Both the position numbers and the translations under genes were made by a program. From Candidatus Woesearchaeota archaeon (lineage in GTDB: Archaea > Nanobdellota > Nanobdellia > Woesearchaeales > GW2011-AR4): a DNA stretch of 44,490 bases. This document shows, in pieces, positions 9,431 through 19,330 of the stretch. The notes under the pieces were generated by a model. The model ran no database searches and was not told where the DNA came from. It saw only the letters and a program-made list of their open reading frames with translations. The stretch spans positions 1-44,490 of the forward strand of contig JACOZN010000011.1 of NCBI GenBank assembly GCA_016181305.1, written 5' to 3'. Position 1 is the first letter of the stretch, and each line of letters starts with the position of its first letter.

Positions 9431-9892
9431 ATGAAATACGCCCATCTGGTAAAGCTTACTGCATTTTCCCATGAAGGCGAGGATTCAGAATCCATACGCG
9501 ATGCTTTCTTAAGGTTTTTTCCATTCAGCCTCGAAGAAAACAAGGTTATATTGAATAAGACAGCTGCCGAGGGCTTTCATGGCAGGAAAATAGCAGTGTT
9601 TGGGGCAAAGCTGGCAAAAAACAGCCTGATAAGCAGGTTCTTGGAAAATTTGCTGTCGAATCTTGATGAAATTCAGAAGCAGAAGACACTGATGCAGCTT
9701 GATTCAAGGCTTGATGAAAACCTTGACTTTTTTCTTAGGTTTGACAAAGACTCGTGGATTGAGGAAAATAAATTAGTACTGACAGATTCTGGCAAATGCT
9801 TTCATCTAAAAATAAGCATAGCTGCATTCCCCAAGAAAAGGGAGGCAGCTTTGAATGTGATAATGGATTTGTTTGGAAAAGTAAAAACTTAA
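9431..9892 (+). CDS. DUF54/COG1325 predicted RNA-binding protein
   Basis: HEGED, EGFHG, FFLRFDK motifs. Confidence 0.75.
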   Translation: MKYAHLVKLTAFSHEGEDSESIRDAFLRFFPFSLEENKVILNKTAAEGFHGRKIAVFGAKLAKNSLISRFLENLLSNLDEIQKQKTLMQLDSRLDENLDFFLRFDKDSWIEENKLVLTDSGKCFHLKISIAAFPKKREAALNVIMDLFGKVKT

Positions 9893-9923
9893 ATAGGGCA
9901 AAAATCCCGATTAGAAATTCAAA

Positions 9924-10565
9924 ATGCCAAAAACAAAGATTGCGCCTTCAATACTATCGGCGGATTTGTCAAAAATAAACAGGGAGATAAAAGAAGTTGA
10001 GAAATTTGCAGATTTAATCCATGTTGACATAATGGACGGAATTTTTGTACCTCCTGTGACAATTGACGCAAAGTTTGTAAAAACAATAAGGACAAAAGCG
10101 CATCTTGACATTCATTTGATGGTTCATGAGCCGAGCAATTCCTACATCCAGAAATTTATCGATGCAGGAGCCTACTCTATAACAATCCATGAGGAAGCCT
10201 GCAAAGAGCCTGCCAGGCAGATTAATTTTATAAAAAAAAACAGGGTGAAGGCGGCAATCTCGATAAAGCCAAAAACCTCATTGGATAAAATAAAAAAATA
10301 CCTTGGCATGGTTGACATGGTTCTGGTAATGACTGTCGAGCCAGGCTGGGCAGGGCAGAAATTCATTTCATCAGCAACGGCAAAAGTCATGGAATTGAGG
10401 AAGCTCAAGCCGAATCTTGACATTGAGGTTGACGGCGGCATCAATCCCTACACTGCAAGGGTTGCATTTGAGGCAGGTGCAAATGTTTTTGTTGCAGGCA
10501 CCTCAATTTTCGGCAAAAAGGACAGGGTTGCTGCTATAAAGGAAATATTGAGAGCCCTGAAATAA
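9924..10565 (+). CDS. rpe: Ribulose-phosphate 3-epimerase
   Basis: APSILSAD, HVDIMDG, DIHLMV, MTVEPGWAGQ, EVDGGI. Confidence 0.97.
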   Translation: MPKTKIAPSILSADLSKINREIKEVEKFADLIHVDIMDGIFVPPVTIDAKFVKTIRTKAHLDIHLMVHEPSNSYIQKFIDAGAYSITIHEEACKEPARQINFIKKNRVKAAISIKPKTSLDKIKKYLGMVDMVLVMTVEPGWAGQKFISSATAKVMELRKLKPNLDIEVDGGINPYTARVAFEAGANVFVAGTSIFGKKDRVAAIKEILRALK

Positions 10566-10566
10566 A

Positions 10567-11424
10567 ATGATATGGGCGCTTTTTTCAATTATGGCTGGAT
10601 TGGGTGATGCTGTTTCTTATGCTTTTATGAAAAGGCTGGGGAAATTGGACACATATGTCAAGCTAATTTTTTATAACCTGATAACGCTGCCGTTCTTGCT
10701 GTTCGGTTTTTTATTTTATTCAGTTCCGCAGGTTTCCTTAGATTTTTATATTGTTATAGCAATAAATTCCATAGTCTGGATAGTTGCTACTTTTCTGCTT
10801 ATGAAATCGCTGGAGACCGGCGGCTTATCAGCCTCTATACCGATTTTGAATTTCACACCGGTATTTTTGATTTTTATATCATACCTGCTGCTCGGGGAAT
10901 TTCCCAGTTTTCAGGGGCTTGCCGGCATTTTGGTGGTTGTGGCAGGCTCTTATATACTTCACATCTCCTCAATAAAGTCAGGCTATTTTGAGCCGATTAA
11001 ATCAATCTTTGTCGGCAGGGGGCTGCGTATGCTTGTTGTGGCATTTTTGTTTGGAATAACCGCAAGCCTTGCAAAAATAGGCATCCAGCTTTCAAACCCA
11101 GCCTACTTCATGTTCATGCATTATTTATTTGTGTCATTGGCTTTGACAATGCTCTTTTTTAATAAGATCAGGGAAAATAAAAAGCAGATAAAGGCAAATT
11201 TCAAATATTTTTTAGTTATGGGCATTGCAGTCGCGTTCTCAGAAATACTGGTTGCCACGGCATTCAAGCTTACCTTAGTGCCTTATGTCATCTCTTTAAA
11301 GAGGACAAGCATAATTTTCAGCGTTATCATAGGATTTTTATTTTTCAAGGAAAAGAATTTCAGGCACGCGATTGCAGGTGCGGCAATCATGTTTATAGGC
11401 GCGGCAATGATTCTTCTGTCCTAA
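10567..11424 (+). CDS. EamA/DMT family transporter
   Basis: About 10 TM helices in two repeats; SLKRTSIIFSV motif. Confidence 0.85.
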   Translation: MIWALFSIMAGLGDAVSYAFMKRLGKLDTYVKLIFYNLITLPFLLFGFLFYSVPQVSLDFYIVIAINSIVWIVATFLLMKSLETGGLSASIPILNFTPVFLIFISYLLLGEFPSFQGLAGILVVVAGSYILHISSIKSGYFEPIKSIFVGRGLRMLVVAFLFGITASLAKIGIQLSNPAYFMFMHYLFVSLALTMLFFNKIRENKKQIKANFKYFLVMGIAVAFSEILVATAFKLTLVPYVISLKRTSIIFSVIIGFLFFKEKNFRHAIAGAAIMFIGAAMILLS

Positions 11425-11465
11425 TTTCAATAAGATTTATAAAACAATAAAAATAATCAATAAAA

Positions 11466-12593
11466 ATGCCAAAAAAATACACTGTAACGCCATGGGAAGT
11501 AAGCGGCGAGATTGATTATGGCAGGCTAATCAAGGAGTTCGGCGTCAAGCCGTTAGACGATAAAATACTAAATAGATTGGAAAAGCATACAGGCAATTTG
11601 CACTATTTCCTGAAAAGAAAAATATTCTTTGCGCATACTTATTTTGATGCAATTCTTGAGCAGGCTGAAAAAGGCAGCGAGTTTTACCTGTACACCGGCA
11701 GGGCTCCTTCTGGGCCTGTCCATCTCGGGCATCTTGTGCCGTGGATGTTCTGCAAGTGGCTTCAGGACAACTTTGATGCAAATTTATTGTTCCAGATTCC
11801 GGACGAGGAAAAATTCCTGTTCAATGAAAAGCTTACTTTTGACGACACGAAAAAATGGGCTGATGAAAACATACTGGACATTATTGCGGTCGGCTTCAAC
11901 CCCAAAAAGACAAGGATATTCCTTGACACGGAGTATGCAAAAACAATGTACAGGCATGCATGCGCGGTTGCAAAGAAGATAACATTCTCAACTGTGAAAT
12001 CAACTTTCGGGTTTACTGACTCAAACAATCTTGGCGAGATATTCTATACGAGCATGCAGTCCGTTCCGGCTTTTTTGCCGACTATACTGGAAGGCAAGCC
12101 GACTTACTGCCTGATACCGTGCGCAATCGACCAGCAGCCCCATTTTTTCCTGACAAACGACGTTGCGCCTAAGCTGGGCTACCCAAAGCCCGCTACAATT
12201 CTGGCAAGGTTCCTTCCGGGCCTGCAGGGCATGCACCATGAAGGCAAGATGTCATCCTCGGCGGAGCAGACAACAATCTGGGCAACAGACACAGCTGAAA
12301 AGGTCAGGAGCAAGATAATGAAGTACGCTTTTTCAGGCGGAAAGGAGACAATAGAAGCGCACAGAAAGCACGGCGGCAACCCGGACATAGACATACCTTA
12401 CCAATACCTCACCTATTTCCTTGAAGATTCAGACAGGCTGAAGCAGATTTACAATGACTACAGGTCAGGAAAGATGCTGACAGGGGAATTAAAAGGATTC
12501 ACTGCGGAAACCATCAGCAAATTCCTCAGAGAGCATCAGGCAAAAAGGGAAAAGGCAAAAGGCATGGCTGAGAAGTTCATGCTGAGGGATTAA
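11466..12593 (+). CDS. trpS: Tryptophan--tRNA ligase (archaeal type)
   Basis: YLYTGRAPS, HLGH, IPCAIDQ, KMSSS. Confidence 0.96.
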   Translation: MPKKYTVTPWEVSGEIDYGRLIKEFGVKPLDDKILNRLEKHTGNLHYFLKRKIFFAHTYFDAILEQAEKGSEFYLYTGRAPSGPVHLGHLVPWMFCKWLQDNFDANLLFQIPDEEKFLFNEKLTFDDTKKWADENILDIIAVGFNPKKTRIFLDTEYAKTMYRHACAVAKKITFSTVKSTFGFTDSNNLGEIFYTSMQSVPAFLPTILEGKPTYCLIPCAIDQQPHFFLTNDVAPKLGYPKPATILARFLPGLQGMHHEGKMSSSAEQTTIWATDTAEKVRSKIMKYAFSGGKETIEAHRKHGGNPDIDIPYQYLTYFLEDSDRLKQIYNDYRSGKMLTGELKGFTAETISKFLREHQAKREKAKGMAEKFMLRD

Positions 12594-12597
12594 ATCG

Positions 12598-12627
12598 TTA
12601 AGTTTAAATAATTTAAGTTTAAATAAT
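12598..12627 (+). repeat. Perfect 15-bp tandem duplication containing a TATA-like box
   Basis: TTAAGTTTAAATAAT x2 just upstream of the 12646 gene. Confidence 0.8.
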
Positions 12628-12645
12628 ACTAAAAAAGAGGTTAAA

Positions 12646-12861
12646 ATGCACAAGGAATTCAACATAGCCCCTTTGTCAGGGGCTTTTATGATTACAAGCA
12701 TTGTGGGATTCCTGATTTCAGCCTTCTACATACTCCCTAACTCAGGTACATGGGGCTTCACATTTTTGCTGTTTTTTGCGCTCATGCTAATAGCATCATT
12801 GGTTTCAATGACATACGCTCCTGGCGACTGGCCGCTCAAGATGGACAGGAAAAAGCTGTAA
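12646..12861 (+). CDS. Small two-TM membrane protein
   Basis: GAGG upstream; two hydrophobic helices. Confidence 0.65.
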   Translation: MHKEFNIAPLSGAFMITSIVGFLISAFYILPNSGTWGFTFLLFFALMLIASLVSMTYAPGDWPLKMDRKKL

Positions 12862-12863
12862 AA

Positions 12864-13268
12864 ATGACAGAGTACACTGAAATTTTGCTTCGCCTGGTTC
12901 TTTCTGTTGTATTTGGGGGCTTGATTGGCTTGGAAAGGGAAGTTGTTCACAAGCCTGCAGGCGTAAGAACACATATGCTTGTTTGCCTTGGCTCCGCTTT
13001 GTTTGTGCTGTTAACAATTGAGACTCTTCCTGTTGAAGTGGTGAGGATAATTGCAGGCGTTGCAACAGGCATAGGCTTTTTGGGCGCAGGCACGATATTC
13101 AAGGCAAAAGACGAAGTTCACGGGTTGACAACTGCCGCATCAGTCTGGGCGGTATCGGCAGTAGGATTGTCTATAGGCTTGGGATATTATTTGATGACAG
13201 CAATAGCAGTTATTTTGATATTGATAGTTTTGCAGCTTAACAAACTGGAGTTCTTCAGGAAGCTTTAA
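12864..13268 (+). CDS. MgtC/SapB family protein
   Basis: GGLIGLERE...AGVRTHMLV...GIGFLGAG...GLTTAASVW; start MTEYTE. Confidence 0.92.
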   Translation: MTEYTEILLRLVLSVVFGGLIGLEREVVHKPAGVRTHMLVCLGSALFVLLTIETLPVEVVRIIAGVATGIGFLGAGTIFKAKDEVHGLTTAASVWAVSAVGLSIGLGYYLMTAIAVILILIVLQLNKLEFFRKL

Positions 13269-13302
13269 CTAATTTTTAATGCCGAATACAAAATTTTTAG
13301 AA

Positions 13303-14619
13303 CTAAAACTCAAACACCTTCTTCTCTTTCGGCAAAGCAGTCGGCGCAGTCCCACCGTGCCACGTGTACCTTGGGCGCACCCTTATGGGGTATAGTTTCT
13401 CGTTTATGTCATCAAACACGATTGCAGCCCCTTCTTCTGTAGGCAGCAGGCTTAATTGCTTGTCAAGCCCCTCCCTCATGTAGCTTTGCATCAGCCCTCC
13501 CAAAGCCTGCACGTCAATGTTTGCGGTTATCCTGTGGGCAATGACAACATCAGACTGTGTTATTACATCTGTATGTATTTTGCCAGGCTGCTGTGATGCC
13601 AGCACAAGCGAAATTCCGGGCTGCCTTCCTTCCCTGAGCACGGTAATCAAAGGCGCTGTTGCAGGCGTTTTTCCCTTGTTCGGCAAAAACTCATGGGCTT
13701 CGTCAATTATGAGCCACACAATCGGCTCTTTTTTCTCCTCTGCTTCCTCTTCAAAGAAATGAATTTCCTCCTTTATAGCTTTTTCCTCTTCAGCCTTTCT
13801 CGCAGCCATCCTGCCGACAAACAGCTTCTGCGCAACCAGCCCGATAACAAGGCTTCTTAAATTCTCGGCGCCGCTTGTAGCAGTATAAGCGCTTACATCC
13901 AAAACAGATATCTGCCCCGGAATAATCAAGTCCTCGATCAAAGTGCCTTCCCTGCCGAACAGGCCCCATTTTTCAGCAACCAAAAACCTGTTTTCAACAG
14001 CATACTTGATGCTTTCTTCAGACCTGTCGTCATCAGCCACAGCTTTTATTATATCCCTGATGTCATATTCACTCTTTTCCTCCCTCAGGCTGTTCACAGC
14101 CCTCTCAATCACTATGCCGATAGGCTCTGTTATTTCCACATTAAAAATCATGCACCACTCCTCTGCATTTATCTCGCTTGTTCTTATTGAGAATGGGAAA
14201 TCCGTCGGGATTCCCTTTTCCCTGTACTCTTCGTAAAAGCCGATAGGGGTAAATATGTGGACATTCATGCCTTTTCCCTCTAGCTCCCACGAGTCCATCA
14301 ATTCCTTGTCCTTGCTGTTGGGGTACTTCATAGTCCAGTATATTCCCATTGTGTCCAGCATTATGACTGCTATGTTGTTTTTTACCTCGTCAGGCAGGTC
14401 GTAAATGCCCTCTGCGATAACTCCCATTGTGTAGCTTTTTCCGCTTCCCCTCTTGCCCACTATGAAAACAACATGGCTTTTTGCAACATCCAAGTACACT
14501 TTGTTTGACAGGGAGACAGTCTGCCCCATCTTGATGTAATGCTTGCCGAGGAATATGGAGCCCTGCACGCCGAATTTTTCCTTGTCAGCTTCGCCTCTTC
14601 CTATCAGAATGTCATACAT
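13303..14619 (-). CDS. HerA/DUF87-type P-loop ATPase
   Basis: GKRGSGKS Walker A, LIIDEAH Walker B, REGRQPG, ASQQP. Confidence 0.88.
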   Translation of the reverse strand: MYDILIGRGEADKEKFGVQGSIFLGKHYIKMGQTVSLSNKVYLDVAKSHVVFIVGKRGSGKSYTMGVIAEGIYDLPDEVKNNIAVIMLDTMGIYWTMKYPNSKDKELMDSWELEGKGMNVHIFTPIGFYEEYREKGIPTDFPFSIRTSEINAEEWCMIFNVEITEPIGIVIERAVNSLREEKSEYDIRDIIKAVADDDRSEESIKYAVENRFLVAEKWGLFGREGTLIEDLIIPGQISVLDVSAYTATSGAENLRSLVIGLVAQKLFVGRMAARKAEEEKAIKEEIHFFEEEAEEKKEPIVWLIIDEAHEFLPNKGKTPATAPLITVLREGRQPGISLVLASQQPGKIHTDVITQSDVVIAHRITANIDVQALGGLMQSYMREGLDKQLSLLPTEEGAAIVFDDINEKLYPIRVRPRYTWHGGTAPTALPKEKKVFEF

Positions 14620-14737
14620 GGTAATTCATGCTTAAAGAGATTATAAATGCTTTTATTGAAACTCGGCAGTAATAAAAATACCTCCTACTATTAGAAAGAT
14701 TTATTTATTAGCTTAATTCCGCCTTTCAGGGGCCCTT

Positions 14738-15835
14738 ATGGACGATAAAACTCAGAAAGAAAGATTGGAGCAGGAACTTCGGTTTCTGAAGGAAAGCTTC
14801 GAAGCAGAGGTCATAAGCAAAGAGGAATTTGACAAGGGCAGGGACAGGATTGAAAGGAAGCTCAGGGAAATCGGCAACTGGGAAAAAGAATCATTAAAGC
14901 CTGTTGAAAATCAAGAGAAGCCCCAAGAATCCAAAGAGCAGCCAAAAGAGGATGCTGCAATAGCCTCAAAAAGCGAAGAAAAGATAAAATTAAGGGTGAT
15001 ACAAGATGAAATTGTTGAAGAGCATCCTGCGCCGAAGCCTGTGGAGAAAGAGCCGTTTGCAGAGCCTGTCGTGTACGAAGAAAATAAGGATGATGAAAAG
15101 GGCGGCAAATTCTTCAAGTACGCTTTTGTTTTTGTCGTTTTAGTTCTGATAGCGTTTTTTTCCTACTCCTATTTCAGGGACAAAGCAGCGCCTCAGGAGA
15201 AAACAAATAATGTAAAAATACCGGAATCAGGGCAGGTCCAAAAGACAAATGTTATTGTGCTGAACGGCGGGAAAAGCTGCTTTAATTGCGGCACCCAAAG
15301 GGTTTTGGGCATTCTGGAAGGCTGGTTTGGGAAAATAAGCGCAAAGGAAATAGACTACAGCACAAATGATGGCAAGGCAATTGCCGAGAAATTCAGAATC
15401 AGCCTGCTGCCGGCTTACATATTGGATGAAAACATCACAAAAAATTCTGCCTATGAAAAATTTAAGCAGGCATTTTCCAAAAAGAATGACAGCTACATAT
15501 TAAGCGATGATGCTGCAGGCGCAACATTCTATTTCAGAAGGGAAAGCGTGCCAAACAGGCTGGACTTGTTTGTCAAGGAAAACGATGTTTCAAGCGTGAA
15601 TGCAGAAGAAAACCTGAAGGAATTTTTAGACAATTTCAAGGAAGCGAAGTTTGAAAAGCACTTGTCAAATGGCGCATTGGCAAAGGAGCTTCAGGTAAAA
15701 TCATTCCCGACTTTCCTGATAAACAATCGCGTTAAATTCAGCGGAGTGCATTCCGCAGAAACAATAAAGGATAATTTCTGCAAAATGAATAAGCTGCCCG
15801 AATGCGGAAAAAGCCTGGGCAAGAGCCTGGTTTAA
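14738..15835 (+). CDS. Membrane-anchored protein: SHOCT-like N-terminus, one TM, thioredoxin-like C-terminal domains
   Basis: VISKEEFDK SHOCT-like helix; TM FFKYAFVFVVLVLIAFF; CFNC and FPTFLIN. Confidence 0.6.
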   Translation: MDDKTQKERLEQELRFLKESFEAEVISKEEFDKGRDRIERKLREIGNWEKESLKPVENQEKPQESKEQPKEDAAIASKSEEKIKLRVIQDEIVEEHPAPKPVEKEPFAEPVVYEENKDDEKGGKFFKYAFVFVVLVLIAFFSYSYFRDKAAPQEKTNNVKIPESGQVQKTNVIVLNGGKSCFNCGTQRVLGILEGWFGKISAKEIDYSTNDGKAIAEKFRISLLPAYILDENITKNSAYEKFKQAFSKKNDSYILSDDAAGATFYFRRESVPNRLDLFVKENDVSSVNAEENLKEFLDNFKEAKFEKHLSNGALAKELQVKSFPTFLINNRVKFSGVHSAETIKDNFCKMNKLPECGKSLGKSLV

Positions 15836-17079
15836 AGCTCGTTCACAGTCACTAAATTTACCCTTGTCTCGTGCTGCCTGACTTTTGAGTCCATTCCTAT
15901 CAAAAACTTGACATTGGATTCCTCGGCAACCTTCACTATGTCCCTTTCAATGCTGCCGTCAAACACAACAGCATGAGCGTTGTTTATGCTCTTCAGCGCA
16001 GTCTGGACTTCGCTTACAGGCACTTTTCCAAGCACAGAAAGCTTGCTGTCAAGTATCTCAGCCCCCCTTGTGCCAATCAGGTCTTCAAGCATTGACTTGA
16101 ACGCATTTTTTTCTTCGTTTGATATTGGAACCCTTCTGATAGGCGGGGCTGGCTGGTATGGCCTCTGCATCGGCCTGAAATGCTGCTGATGCTGCTGCTG
16201 GGGATGATGCCTTTTGACAAGCTCCATGGCTGTCCTTTCAGGCTCCCTTGAGAGATCAAGCTTTGCCTGCTCCCCCGAAATCCTGCTCCTTATTGCCTTG
16301 TGGATTTCCTTTTTCGTCAATTCCTCAACTTCCTTGCCGTCAGGCGCTTTTGTGACAAAATCAATGTCCGCCACAGAAGTCAATTCCTTTATTATCAGAT
16401 TGCCTCCCCTGTCTCCGTCGACAAATGCCGTCACAACTTTTTTGCCGCACACATCTATTATGGTTTCCGGCACAGAAGTCCCGTTGATTGCAATTGCATT
16501 TTTGAAGCCGTGCTTCAAAAGGTTCAGCACGTCTGCCCTGCCCTCGACCACAATAATCTCGTCGCTTTCGTCTATTGCCGGGCCTGCAGGAAGCCTGTCC
16601 CTGCCGTACTCCACGATTTCCATGATCCTTACTGACTCTGCAACCTCATCTGCAATCTCCTGCGAATCAGGCATGGTCTGCTCTATCATCTTCTTGAGAA
16701 GCTCTTTTGCCCTTTCTATAACCATGATCCTCTTGCTTATCCTTACATCCTCTATGTTTGTAACCTCTATCTTTGCATTGCAGGGCCCTATCCTTTGTAT
16801 TATCTCCATGGCTGCCGCAACAATGCTTGTTTCAGCCTTGTCCAGGGAAGAAGGAATTATAATAGTGCCTTTGGTTTTGCCTGTCCTTGTTTCTGTGTTG
16901 ACCTCAATTCTTCCAATCCTGCCTGATTTCTGGAGCTCCCTCATCTCCAAGTCCGCACCTAGAAGCCCTTCTGTCTGCCCGAAAATCGCGCCTATGACAT
17001 CAGGCCTGTCAACTACGCCCTCTATGTCAATGTTCGCGTGAACTATATACTTTGCCGCTACAGGGCTTATCTTACCCAT
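15832..17079 (-). CDS. dnaG: Archaeal DnaG (TOPRIM primase-like, exosome-associated)
   Basis: DVIGAIFGQTEGLLG...LRELQKSGRIGRI; VVEGRADV; FVDGDRGG. Confidence 0.96.
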   Translation of the reverse strand: MGKISPVAAKYIVHANIDIEGVVDRPDVIGAIFGQTEGLLGADLEMRELQKSGRIGRIEVNTETRTGKTKGTIIIPSSLDKAETSIVAAAMEIIQRIGPCNAKIEVTNIEDVRISKRIMVIERAKELLKKMIEQTMPDSQEIADEVAESVRIMEIVEYGRDRLPAGPAIDESDEIIVVEGRADVLNLLKHGFKNAIAINGTSVPETIIDVCGKKVVTAFVDGDRGGNLIIKELTSVADIDFVTKAPDGKEVEELTKKEIHKAIRSRISGEQAKLDLSREPERTAMELVKRHHPQQQHQQHFRPMQRPYQPAPPIRRVPISNEEKNAFKSMLEDLIGTRGAEILDSKLSVLGKVPVSEVQTALKSINNAHAVVFDGSIERDIVKVAEESNVKFLIGMDSKVRQHETRVNLVTVNEL

Positions 17080-17417
17080 TTTAACCTTGCCTCCGAGAAG
17101 AAGCTATCTAATCAACTAATCCATTTAATGAGGTTGAATTGATGAGCATAATAGCTTCCCCGCATTTCATGTATTTACAGCATTCAGAACAAGTTACCTT
17201 AACTTACCTATTACCAATTTACTGATTCAAATCAACAATAATGAATGATAATGATGATAATCTTGTTCTATGCCTTTTTGATAATTAATATGCAGCCCGT
17301 AACACTAACCCCAAAGCTCATTGCTTGAATTTATCGTGAGCTCCATTTGGTACTCTCGTGACGGGCAGTAAAATAGAAAGCAAAGGAGGTATATAAAGGT
17401 TTAGTTTGATGTGTTCT

Positions 17418-17816
17418 TTATATGTATTGGCAGAAGTACAATACTGGTCCTCTTTTTACATTTAATTTCAATGTGCTATTTGGAGTGGCAATTAGTTTTC
17501 TACCTCTCGGTTTATATAAACCCATAACCCCATTAACCTCTGCTTCCAATGTCCCTTCAAGAATAGTTATAACCTCTGTGTAGCTGCTTGAGTTAAATTG
17601 TTTGCACGGTTCGTTAGAAACCATCCCATATGTAGGATTTTTTGGCTTTCCTTGGAATAAGTTCCAGCTTACTATTGGTAATCCAAATTCTCTATAATCA
17701 TTAGCGCTATCTGCAAATTCTCCATAAAAGAAACCTCGATATCTAGAATGTCTTTTTCTTAATTGGTTAACATTCGGCTTTGTAGTCCTAAAAAGCTCCA
17801 GTTCAAGTGTGTCCAT
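17418..17816 (-). CDS. Hypothetical protein, possible cupin-like C-terminus
   Basis: 132-aa AT-rich ORF; EVITILEGTLEAEVNG resembles cupin strands. Confidence 0.5.
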   Translation of the reverse strand: MDTLELELFRTTKPNVNQLRKRHSRYRGFFYGEFADSANDYREFGLPIVSWNLFQGKPKNPTYGMVSNEPCKQFNSSSYTEVITILEGTLEAEVNGVMGLYKPRGRKLIATPNSTLKLNVKRGPVLYFCQYI

Positions 17817-17835
17817 TTTTCTGAAATTTCAATAT

Positions 17836-17875
17836 AAAAAACCCCAGCGAAGCATCTCGCGATACCCCGCTAGGG
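17836..17875 (-). terminator. GC hairpin plus U-tract
   Basis: Minus strand CCCTAGCG...CGCTGGGG-TTTTTT; the stem has a G-U pair only on the minus strand. Confidence 0.55.
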
Positions 17876-18025
17876 AAAAAGAGGTGATATTGATGAGATT
17901 CCTCAACGTATATGTTACTACTATATAATGTAACTAGTATATAAAGGTTTCGGTTTATTTACTATTTTAGAGTGGTATACCACTATTAAGATACCCTTAA
18001 ATATCTGGTTTTATTCTATCCAGTC

Positions 18026-18742
18026 ATGTCCCAAAAATCAAAGCCAAAGGAAGAGTTCAAGACATGGGGCGATGTTTTTGACCAGTTCACCCAGAGAACA
18101 GTCTACAAGCTAATCACTCAGGGGCATTTTGAAGGACTGGAAAGCCCGATTTCAATCGGCAAGGAAAGCAATGTTTTCTCAGCATTGAGGAAAGACGGCA
18201 CAAGAGTCATGGTGAAGATTTATCGCTTGGAGACCTGCGACTTCAACAGGATGTATGACTACATAAAAGATGATCCTAGATTCTTGAAACTGAAAAAGGG
18301 CAAAAGGAACATTATATTTACATGGGTCCAAAGGGAATACAGAAATCTGCTGAAGGCAAGAGAAGCAAATGTAAGCGTTCCAACGCCATTAACCTTTTCC
18401 AAACATGTCTTGGTGCTGGAGTTTATTGGCGATAATGATGTTATTGCGCCCAAGCTGAAAGATGAATTGCCCAAAAACCCAAAAGATTTCTTCAATAAAA
18501 TAATAAGCAACATGAAAAAACTCCACAAAGCAGGCTTGGTTCATGCCGATTTGTCAGCCTTCAACATACTGAATTACAATGAAATGCCGGTCTTCATAGA
18601 TTTTTCGCAGTGCACTACGCTGGAAAGCTCAAGAGCAGAATATTATCTGGAAAGGGACATAAGGAACATATGCAATTTTTTCAGGAAGATTGGGTTAAAT
18701 GTGGATGAAGCAAAGGCTAAAAAAGAAATCACAGGGAAATAA
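18026..18742 (+). CDS. rio1: RIO1 serine kinase
   Basis: GKESNVF, VKIYR, VHADLSAFNIL, IDFSQ. Confidence 0.95.
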   Translation: MSQKSKPKEEFKTWGDVFDQFTQRTVYKLITQGHFEGLESPISIGKESNVFSALRKDGTRVMVKIYRLETCDFNRMYDYIKDDPRFLKLKKGKRNIIFTWVQREYRNLLKAREANVSVPTPLTFSKHVLVLEFIGDNDVIAPKLKDELPKNPKDFFNKIISNMKKLHKAGLVHADLSAFNILNYNEMPVFIDFSQCTTLESSRAEYYLERDIRNICNFFRKIGLNVDEAKAKKEITGK

Positions 18743-18783
18743 AAATCCAAAACCTTAAAAATCATTTGCAATTTCAAACCAAA

Positions 18784-19329
18784 ATGGTTGAGTATTCTTA
18801 CGAATTGAAAGTTCCAAGAAACAGGGTTGCTGTCATTATAGGCAAGGAAGGCAGCGTGAAGAAGGAAATAGAGGAATCCACAAATACAAAGCTTAACATA
18901 GACTCAAAGGAATGCGACATATTTGTTTCGGGAGAAGACGCCCTTGGATTGTACACTGCAAGGGAAATAATAAAGGCGATTGGCAGGGGATTCAACCCTG
19001 ACGTTGCAAGGCTCCTTCTAAAGCCGGATTACATATTTGAGGTTGTGGACCTGAGCGAGTTTGCGGGCAAGTCAAAGGAAACCATGATAAGGCTTAAAGG
19101 CAGGGTAATAGGCAAGGAAGGCAAGTCCAGAAAGCTTATAGAGGAGCTTACAGAGTGCAGCATATCAGTTTTCGGGAAGACTATAAGCATCATAGGCATG
19201 CCGGAGCCTGCTTATGCTGCAAGGCGCGCCGTGGAATCCTTGCTGCGGGGCTCAACCCATGCAAATGTATATAAATGGCTCGAGAAAAGGAGAAGGGAGA
19301 TTAAAAGAAAGGCAATAATGGAGTTGTAA
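18784..19329 (+). CDS. KH-domain RNA-processing protein (Dim2/Pno1 family)
   Basis: [32 protein letters not shown]. Confidence 0.92.
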   Translation: MVEYSYELKVPRNRVAVIIGKEGSVKKEIEESTNTKLNIDSKECDIFVSGEDALGLYTAREIIKAIGRGFNPDVARLLLKPDYIFEVVDLSEFAGKSKETMIRLKGRVIGKEGKSRKLIEELTECSISVFGKTISIIGMPEPAYAARRAVESLLRGSTHANVYKWLEKRRREIKRKAIMEL

Positions 19330-19330
19330 C

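Noticed and set aside
13303-14619. HerA-NurA repair or HerA-based defence system
   Set aside because: No nuclease, Sir2 or DUF4297 partner is adjacent.
17080-17400. SRP RNA or RNase P RNA
   Set aside because: It lacks the SRP helix-8 motif and the RNase P GAGGAAAGUCC signature.
17885-17910. Fluoride riboswitch, suggested by GATGAGATTC
   Set aside because: The P1 stem and pseudoknot cannot be formed, and no fluoride exporter follows.
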